In this document: positions 8,452-16,712 of the stretch, in pieces | Layout: every line of letters begins with the position of its first letter | Numbering within the stretch: position 1 is the stretch's first letter | DNA from: Fonticula alba ATCC 38817 | Lineage: Eukaryota; Protista; Nucleariida | Length of the DNA: 16,712 nucleotides | Direction: 5' to 3' (one strand) | Assembly: GCA_000388065.2 (NCBI GenBank) | Contig: KK197998.1 | Notes under the pieces: model-generated | Database searches by the model: none | Seen by the model: only the letters and a program-made list of their open reading frames with translations | Told to the model about the DNA's origin: nothing | Program-made: the position numbers and the translations under genes

Positions 8452-10532
8452 ATACTTGGCTGCCGGCGCGTTGGCGAGCCACAGGGGAGGGGGAGGGCTG
8501 GGTCGTCGACGGAAGGACGCCGGGTGCTGGGGGTCGCTGGCCAGGCGGGAGGCGTGGTCCGTGCGTCCCTGATCCCGGCGTGGTTGGGACACGGCCCCCA
8601 GGCTGCCACCCAAAGGGGGCTCCACGCAAGGACTCGAGTGCGCTCAGGGGGGGAGCGCGTCGTACAACCCCGCCCCCCCGGGAGTACCTGCTCTTGTTCT
8701 CCCTCTGTCGCTCTTTCTCTTTGTGTGCGTGACTCTCCCTCTTGCTCTCTCTCTCTCTCCCAGTCTCGCTGTCCGCTTGTGTCCCTTTCTCCAGCACGCG
8801 GCCAGGTCTGGGGCTGTGGGGGCCTTCGGGGTGGGGCTGCAGTCAGCCATAAAGAGGGCTCGGCCGCAGGGTCGGCCCACGCCTGGGGGCGTGGAGGCCC
8901 TCAAGGCCCTCAAGGCCGAGGCCGCCAGGCGAAGACCAGCATGCACCCTTTCACAACCCTTCCAAGCTGGGCGTGTGCTGGAGGAAGGGACTTGGGCGGG
9001 ATAGCAAGAGGGCGGCCTGAGGGCCCGGTAACCGGAGGTCCGGGCGGGGCCATCGGGCGACGAAGAGCGAGCCAGCACCGAGGGCTTTGGGATGCTCGCG
9101 TGTGGCTCGGTCCCCGAGCGAATCAAGGGCCGGGTGCCCCCGCAAGCCATGACCCACGGTGTTCTCTCTTCCGGAGGGGTCAGCCGGCACCAACGCCCGA
9201 GTGGCCATGCCAACCGGCAGGCTCAGTTGAGATTTCCGGGCTCTTGCGCTTCCTTTCTTTTTTTTTCATCGCCCCGAGGGTGAGCCGTGTGTCAGGGATG
9301 CGGCCGCCGGGGCCGCGTACAACAGCGCCCAGCAGACAGGCATGCAACCGGGGGCACAAGAAAGCTGCTCGCCCCGTCTCTGTCTCCCTTGTCGGGCACT
9401 AGCCCGGAGGGCCTTCGTCCGGATTGCTGGGCTGATGGTGGCTGTGGACCCCGCGGCGTCAAGCCCGGGCAAAGGAGCCGGCGGTGTCCCTCCCGGTCCT
9501 GGAGGCGGCTTTTTCCCGGTCCTCATCCCGGCCCCCCACCTCCCGATCCCCATCGAGGAGGGCCCGAGCGTCGGGGGGTCGGGGCTCGCCGGGTGCGCGA
9601 GGGGAAAACACCGCGCCAGGCGAGAGGCCCTTGACCCCGGGGCATAATATGTTGTCTCCGGGTGTTCCGGTGGCCGAGGTCGCTCCTCGCCCCCGGCCCC
9701 CGACTCACCGGGCTTTTCTCGGCTAGGCCTGGAGCCCCCTTCTTGCGGGGCGAGCGGCCCCAACAGCCTCCCTGCGCCAGCTGGGGCGCCCGAGGGGCGA
9801 GGGGCACACAGGGGCAGGGGTCGCGCATCAAGGGGAAGACTCGGCGCTCGGGTGAAAGGAAACTCGCGTGCACCTGGCCCGTCTCGCCCCCCCGCCCCCC
9901 CCCCCCACAACCCGCTGCGGCCGCCGCTAGGTCGGTCACCCGGTCACTTGCTTCTGAGCTTGCTTGTTCTCCGCCTGGCCCCTTCCCCCCCCCCCTCCCC
10001 CTGCTCGTCCCGCCCCGGGGAGGAGGGCCAGGACCATTGCGTTAGCCCGAATCTTGACGAGGTCTTTTTCGGGGGCTTTTTCCTGCCGGTGCGCCAAGCG
10101 GGGAACACCGTGGGACCTGGAAATGCAGGGCAGGGACAAACGGGGCGCCGGCTCCTGCGGCCGGTCGATCATGGTGCCTCTCGCATCGTCGGCGTGAAAC
10201 ACTGCACAGACGCCGCGAGGTGTGGGCGGGTGTGGTCGGGGTGGAGGGGGGGGGTCTTCTCTTTCAAGGAAAAGCTGATCCTTGTTCGGCCACCCGCCTG
10301 TTGGCCCGGGAGGCTCGAGGCCCGGCTTGTCACCACACTCCCCCTCCCCTTACCCCCCCCCCCCTCTGCCATCATCACTGCTCGCGGCAGACCCCTCTCC
10401 CCCGCTTGCGGCATTCCTTTGCTCCTTTCCCATTGGGCGCCTCCCCTCCGCCTTCCACCCGTTGCGCCCTTCCTCCCCCCCCCCCTCCCCCCTCTCTCGC
10501 TTCCTCCGACACGCGCAAGGCGTAACACAACC

Positions 10533-13500
10533 ATGTCTGCTCCGCCCCCCACCGACTTCCCGAATGCGGATCTGGACGAAACCACTGTCGCGGCCCTGGC
10601 CGACCTGGACTCCCTGCTGGAGGGCATGAACCTCAATGCCTTCACCAGCGCTAGTGCCAGCACCGACGCTTCACCGGCTCTCGGCGACTTTGACGACATG
10701 ACCAGCCAGCTGGACAACCTGACCGCCGATCTGGACTTCTTTTCGAACACTTCCACCGTGTCCGGCACCGTGTCCACCAGTGGCACCGGCGCCGACGCTG
10801 GGTTTGGTCTGAGCTGGAACAGCGGCCCCGAGGAGGTCGATGTGATGGCCTTCATCCCGGAGGACGACATCCCCCAGGTGGAGCTGGAAACCGCACAGGA
10901 GGTGGCCGAGGACATCATGGGTGTCCTGAAGGTTGAGCTGCCCAACAAGTCGCACTTCAAGTTCGTGTTCACGAGCAAAACCACCACCGTTGTACGTCTC
11001 TCTCTCTCCCTCTCTCTCTCTCTCTCCCTCTCTCTCCCTCTCTCTCCCCCCTCCGCTCCCTCATCGAATATGTCGCTGTTTCTTTCGGCACCACCTGACG
11101 AAATCTGTCCGTCTCGCCCCCGCCTTCCTCGTGCGCTACTCGAAGCAAATGGTCGATCAGGTGTGCCGCAAGGCTGGCATTGCGCAGTCGCGCTTCTTCG
11201 GTCTGCAGCGTCTCCGCTTCCAGCGCACGCTCACTGACGAGGGTACGTCCGTGGGGCCAGCTTCTCCCCTCCCCCTTCCCTGCCCTTGGGGCATGTCCAC
11301 CGGTGTCCTTTCACCCCTTTCTCACATGTCTCCTTCGCCCTTTGGGCCCCTCTCATGGTTCCCCTCCCCATCAGACGTCAACTGCCCGATGGTCTGGCTG
11401 TCGTCCAGTCGGCCGATCGCCGCCCAGGAACTTGACCTTGAGTCGATTGTGTACCTGCGCATGCGTGCCTGGCCCGTGCATATGGATGAGTTCTACGACC
11501 AGTCCTCCCTCGAGATGGCCATCCATGAGGTACGCGCGCGTGTGGCCGCCCGGCCGGTGTCCCTCTCCTTCGCTGCCCCCTACATCGGAGCAGGGCCACT
11601 GACAATCGACTTTGTCCGCCTGTAGATCGACTCGCGTCTGGCCATGAAGAACCCGATGTTTAAGCCCCCCCTGCGGGCGTACCTGGAGCTGGCTGGCTGT
11701 CGGCTGCAGATGCGCCATGGCGACTTCAAGGAGGGTGTCTCCTTCGTCAGGTGTGTTCCCCCCCGGCCGACCATCTTCCCCTCTCTTCCGCTTTCTTTCT
11801 TGCCCTTCCTCCGCCGGGTCTTTGCCATGCTCGACATTCCCCCCCCCCCCCCCTGACTCCATGTGCCCATTTGACCAGCGACATGTCCATGGTCCGCTCC
11901 CTGGTCCCGGAGTACATCCTCCCTCAGCTTCTTCCGCATGCCACCACGGATGAGGAGATTGTGGAGCAGCTGGCCGCTGCGCTGCTTGAGCCGCACCGTG
12001 CTCTCGCTGGTCTGGATAAGATCCGTACGTACCTCCCTCATTCCCAAGCTTCCTCGTTCTTTCTCCCTGGTGTAGTCCCCCCAGGGCGGTATATCTAATT
12101 GCTTCCCTCTCTCTCTCTCTCTTTCTCGCTCCCTGTCACCATGACGATTCCCGGCCTACTTTTGCGCAGAGTCCCATCGCCAGTTCTTGAAGATTGCGCT
12201 CAGCTACATCCCCTTCATCTCGGCGCACTTCTTCTCTGGTCATGTACGGTGCCCTGTTTGCGAGTGTATCACATTCCCTGCAACGCGCTCCTGACCCCGC
12301 ACAACACCCACGCCGGCCTGCTCCTGTGGCCATCTGTCACCCCCCCCCCCCTCCCTCCCCATAGAACTATACCGGCGTGCCCCAGGCCACCAACCGCAAC
12401 GCCATGCTCATGCATGTGCCTGTCGTCCTGAGTGTCTCGCCCCATGGCGTGGCGGTGTGGATGAACAACAAGGGCCGTCTCGTGCGTCATCACTACCACC
12501 AGCTCTCTTGCAGCCACACCCCCTCCTCCCCCTCCCTTCTGTGAGTGTCTCTTCCTTCTCTCATGTCCTCACCCAACTCTCGCTCCCCCCCCCCCCCCGC
12601 TCTCCAGGTCCTCCAAGCCTTCTACCGCCAGCAGGATATCATCCGCTCGCGCATCGTCACCAACCTCTACTACCACGATGGCATCGATCCGGGCTACATC
12701 CGCCAGGGGTCGATGGCTTTGCTGGAGGCGGACCCCTATGCCGCCGGGCCCTTCCGTCACATTGTGCGCCTCTACCTGCGTAACCGGTCGGCCAATGTTG
12801 CGTGCATTGGGAGTGCCTCCTTCGTGGCCGGTGACACCTCCCTCGGGGACCTGATTGCTGAGTACACCGATGCCTGGACGCGTGCGCGTGCCCTCGAGGA
12901 TCTGGATCTGGACCTGCAGCCGCTCGACGACTTCGACCCCTTCGGTGCCAGCGGCTCTTCCTCCGGAGCTGACGGCGCCGAGACGAAGAAGCCCTCGAGT
13001 GCCAAGACCGATATTGTGGTGACGGCCGCCTCGTATGACGCGGAGTTGAGCACACGCATGGACCTGCCGGCCAGCGCCACGGCCTCCAGCCTGCAATCGG
13101 AGTTCACTGCGCCGCCAGGGATGGGCGCCTCCGCCACGCCGACCGGCATGACCGGTCGCACCTTGCGTGACATGGTGGCCTCGCTGCTGAACATCGGCTG
13201 TGCCACAGCCGGCTCCACCGGGTCCGATGACGATGAGGAGCATGATCACAATGATGAGGCCGAAATCGACCCGCGCATTGTTGACCTCTTCGACTTGGCG
13301 GTCTGGTATGATGGTGTTGGTATGTGGTCCCTCTCTTTGCGCAATGCGTCACCCTTTGGCCCTCCTTTGCCCCTTCATTTGGTGGGCACCTTTTCTCCGC
13401 ATCACACTGATGTCTGCCTTTCCGCGCGTACACTCATTCACTCACTCTCTCCCTCTCTCTCTCTCTCTCTCACGCACACACACTTTCTGTCCTCCCCTCC

Positions 13501-14515
13501 CCTTTCCCCTCCACCGCGATGTCACACAGACCAGTGGATCGACCGCGACCGGCCGCTATCTGCTCAGCGTGATGTGATCCCCTCCTCGGAGTCGCGTATC
13601 CGCTTCATGCTGAAGGCGCCCTTCTCGCGGTTGCTGGAGCCATGTGTCGCCCCGAATGCGGCCCTCGACACCAACAAGGAGGCCGGTCGCTCCCGGGGCT
13701 GGTCTGCCTTCAAGTCATCCAAGAAGGTCCAGACCATCAACGACCAGGTCACGGTTCTGGCGCGCGACCCGGTTGCCCTGCGCCTGGCTTACAACCAGCT
13801 GCAGGACCTGGTCTTCCGCGGGGAGATTGTGGTTGCCGACGCCGGGGTTGCCACCGAGCTGGCCGCTCTGGAGCTGTATCTGCGCACTGGGCCTCCCTCG
13901 AAGAAGGTGTCTCGCTCGATTGCCGACAAGATTGCCGAGTACATCCCGGAGAACCTCCTTTCGCAGCGCAAGCCTTCCGACTGGGAGAAGCGGGTACACG
14001 CGGTGCACGACAAGTTCAAGAAGATCGAGGGCGCCAACACCCCGGCCGAGTGCGAAGCGTGGATCCGGTCGAAGTTCCTGCGCTTGGTGGCCGCCCTGCC
14101 GGACGCCTCGGGGGACAACCTGCCGCTGCTTGTGTCCTTCCCGCGCAGCCCGCCGTCCTTCATCGTTCTCACAGCCGACGGCTTCTCGCACTTCTCCATG
14201 GAGAAGAATGAGCCAACCAAGGTGGCGCACTATGTCTTCGGCAAGTCGCTGTTCGGCATCAGTGTCAATGCCCCCGGCTTGATGACCCTCACCCTGGACA
14301 AGTCCGTGGCGCAGGCCAGCTTCCGCCTGCCCAAGCCCAAGACCAAGGAGGCCGAGGCCGAGCCCAACATCAACGCCCAGATTGTCACTGCTTCCCTGGC
14401 GCCGGAGATCGCCGAGGCCATGAACGAACATCTGATCAAGTTCGCGGCTTCTGGTGTGGCGGTGGCTGCCGCGCAGGATGTCGACCCGACGGCCACTGGC
14501 GACGAGTCCGACTAA
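10533..14515 (+). CDS. Tandem (two) FERM-domain protein with N-terminal LD-like motifs, 956 aa, 9 exons
   Basis: Model join(10533..10991,11146..11242,11375..11529,11626..11750,11879..12024,12170..12243,12365..12481,12608..13319,13530..14515) = 2871 nt, all phases consistent, ending TAA. FERM1 signatures: KTTTVQMVDQVCRKAGI..FFGLQ, VWLSSSRPIAAQ, YLELAGCRLQMRHGDF, HRQFLKIALSYIPF, PVVLSVSPHGVAVW. FERM2 signatures: TGRTLRDMVASLLNI, LFDLAVWYDGVDQWIDRDRPLSAQ, DPVALRLAYNQL, ATELAALELYLRTG, YIPENLL, DWEKRVHAVH, KFLRLVAALP. Confidence 0.9.
10997..11046. repeat. (CT)n tract in FERM gene intron 1
   Basis: Direct reading, immediately after the GTACGT donor. Confidence 0.85.
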
Positions 14516-14524
14516 CACGGGGCA

Positions 14525-14540
14525 TGTGTGTGTGTGTGTG
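14525..14540. repeat. (TG)8 microsatellite just after the FERM stop codon
   Basis: Direct reading. Confidence 0.85.
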
Positions 14541-15146
14541 TATGCATACCTTCCTTTTTCTTCTTGATCCACCCCGTCACCCCAGCCCCATGTGCTACCC
14601 AACTGCTCCGGACAACCCACAGCGGCCCCTGCGCGCAGGACTCCCTCCTCCTTGGGCCTTGGCCAGGCCCAGTGGCGGAACAGTATGCGAGACTGAGGAG
14701 GGGGGGCGTGGAGCAAAAAGCCAAAAAAAAAGAAAAAGGTGTCAAAGCAACAATAATAGATCTAATCATCCACCATGCGCGAGAGAGGGCGAGAGAGCAG
14801 GAACGGGAAATGGGGAAAGCCAGGCAGGGGGCCCGAGTACTCTCGAGGCAAAGTGCGACCGTTGGTACCTGGTGAGGATGGCGGCCCAGCACAAACTGGG
14901 CTCTCTGCGACAATCGGAAATGTGGGCAGGCCGGAGGGCGGGAGGGGTGCCATGCTGCGGGGCTCGCTTTCTGCCTGTTGTGTCCGATTTCTTGGCTTCG
15001 CCCTCCTTGCTGCTGCACCCTGGCCACAATGCCCTTTCTCGAACATGAGAGAAGATGCGTCTGTTCGTGTGGCGTTCCGTGCCCGGGGCGTGGTTCGGTG
15101 CAGGGAGCCGCGAAAAATGGTGTTCTCGGTGCCGGTACCCACCCCA

Positions 15147-15168
15147 GGCCCCTATATAAACAGGGGCC
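15147..15168 (+). promoter_or_regulatory. TATA box (TATATAAA, 15153-15160) inside a 7-bp inverted repeat
   Basis: Sequence GGCCCCT-ATATAAAC-AGGGGCC, about 150 nt upstream of the ATG/first donor of the candidate small gene. Confidence 0.6.
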
Positions 15169-15308
15169 GTGCGGCGAATGTGTGCGGGCACCTGTTTGCT
15201 AGGAGGCCACAGGGAGCGACGGCCCTTCACTCGCCCGCTCCCCGACACCTCTGCCCCTCTCCCCTCCTTCTTTCTGTCCCCCGCCGTTCTTGCGCCCACT
15301 GTTCGCAC

Positions 15309-15755
15309 ATGGTACGATGACTCCTCCTCCCTCCCTTCTCTCTCTCTCTCTCTTTCTCTCTCCTCGCCCTAATGATGCTTTGTCTGCCCGTTGTAGCTCG
15401 GGATCGGCAAGAACCACGCTTCGATCGTGGAGAACCTTTCTTCGCCCCCCGATGTCGCTGCCACTACCCATCCTAGCAGAGTATTGTCTGAAACCCCCCT
15501 CCTCCTTCCCTCCTCCTCCTCCGTTTCCCCCCCCCCCAGCTTTCCCTTCCTAACACGCCCCCATTCTCGTCTATCTCCCTCGCTTTCTCCCCCCCCCCAT
15601 AGCATGCTCAGTCAAGCATGCTGATGGGACTCTCCATGTCTTTCCCGTTTCTCTCCCTCCCGGAGCCGGGAAGGAGGGCATCCCATGGCGTGCGTGTGCG
15701 CATGTGCGGTGCCATTCGTCGTTCGACGTGCATCCCTCTCCCACCCCTCGTCTGA
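15309..15755 (+). CDS. Candidate small spliced gene (about 79 aa) or non-coding transcript; first coding exon is ATG only
   Basis: TATATAAA at 15153-15160 and ATG|GTACGA at 15309-15317. Intron 15312-15396 has a (CT)n tract, CTAAT branch and TAG acceptor. Exon 15397-15480 reads LGIGKNHASIVENLSSPPDVAATTHPSR. A second acceptor (CTAAC at 15550-15554, poly-C, ATAG) ends at 15602. Its only obvious donor, GTATTG at 15481, is weak. The C-terminal part does not look convincingly protein-like. Confidence 0.4.
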
Positions 15756-16712
15756 CGAGAGGAGTCTAGAAAAATGGAGCATGCCCGCGTTCGCCAGCCG
15801 TTTCTTGCACCCCGGCATCTTTTTTCCCTTAAAAATTGAATCAAGCCCTGGCCCCCCACTGGCCAGGGCGGTGTCAAGGACGCGGGGAGGGGAGGAAAGG
15901 GACTCTCGCGACCCACTTCCCCCCGAGGACGCGGAGGGACGGCGCTAGTATTTGATGGGCTTTCTTCTTCCATGGATACTCGCGGTTCTCACATCCCTCG
16001 CGCCCATGTGCGTGGCTGGCACTTGCCTTTTGGCGTTCCTCCTCCTCGGACAGCCTCATTGGAGGAGGGTCACATCTGGGCCTTAGTCCCAACGCAATGG
16101 TTACACGTGACTATTTCCGAAAATCTCAATACGCCCGTGATCCAGGGAAACCTGGCTCCATGGAGCCAAGTTTCTCGCCCATGGAATGTGGATGCTTGTC
16201 CATATTTTCGCCGGGAAACGGCCGGAGGGGGGGGGGGCGGGGCGGGGAGCTCCTCGCGCATCCGACATGCATGCGTGCCCCACACCGAAGATTGCGAGGC
16301 AAGCCCTCCGCTGGGGACTCCTCGGAAAAGATCCCCCACGCCAATCGACGCAGGGCAAGGACCTCGGGGGTGAGCACCGGGGGGGGGGCGGGGCGGGGTT
16401 CTGGCCCGCCTTGGTCCGACGCCCGCCCCGGCCCGCGCCCCAGGGGACCTGCCGGGCCGGTCTCTCCCGCTCTTGCCAGGGGCCTTGTGAGAGATGACCG
16501 TTGGTGATCGGCAGGGCCGCTGGGACGCATGGAAAGCCGGGGGCCATTTGCCGCATGGAGGGGGTCCGAGAGGAGCGGGTCAACGACCGCTGCAGGTGTC
16601 TGAGCCGGGTGCCCGTCCACCGGCGGATTGTAAGCAGACGGCCAAGGTGTGTCGAGGGCGATGGCCGTGGTGGGCAAAGGAGTTTGCCCCCTTGTGGGGG
16701 GGGGGGGGGGGG

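Noticed and set aside
8434-10237. Large Gly/Pro/Arg-rich ORFs in the intergenic region
   Set aside because: They start at microsatellites or non-ATG codons, their composition mirrors GC-rich DNA, and no domain is recognisable.
12514-12540. 27-nt in-frame microexon (CAG acceptor, GTGAGT donor) inside FERM intron 7
   Set aside because: It would need a 32-nt upstream intron, far below the 96-232 nt seen here, and would insert PHPLLPLPS into a PH-like strand. Worth only a quick RNA-seq check.
12569-14716. Long minus-strand ORFs (226 aa and 333 aa)
   Set aside because: Codon-mirror shadows of the FERM exons with no domain signal.
15745-15948. Antizyme-like +1 frameshift at GTC TGA C into ORF 15685..15948
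   Set aside because: It lacks the UCC-UGA-type context, and the downstream frame has no antizyme-like sequence.
16225-16712. G-runs as telomeric or special G4 elements
   Set aside because: No TTAGGG-type periodic repeat. Poly-G and poly-C runs occur throughout the window, so these are not distinctive.

Overview
Eukaryotic, GC-rich genomic DNA with short spliceosomal GT-AG introns rich in poly-C, (CT)n and (CA)n. The style suggests a unicellular opisthokont such as Fonticula alba; this is an inference from composition and gene content, not from a search. I built four spliced gene models by hand, all phase-consistent. (1) 58-3829 +: low-complexity, nucleolar-looking protein with a ubiquitin-like domain and a coiled coil. 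(2) 4280-4931 +: 159-aa hypothetical protein. (3) 7268-5232 -: membrane-anchored C3HC4 RING E3 ligase resembling CGRRF1. (4) 10533-14515 +: 9-exon, 956-aa tandem-FERM protein with N-terminal paxillin-like LD motifs. A fifth candidate is a small TATA-driven spliced transcript at about 15.15-15.8 kb whose first coding exon is only the ATG. I found no mobile element, CRISPR array, rRNA or tRNA. Most short ORFs in the track are GC-rich shadow frames. Nothing here is demonstrably a new biological system. The best leads are the LD-motif tandem-FERM adaptor, the small spliced gene with its hairpins, and the TONSL/Net1-Dnt1-type ubiquitin-like domain.
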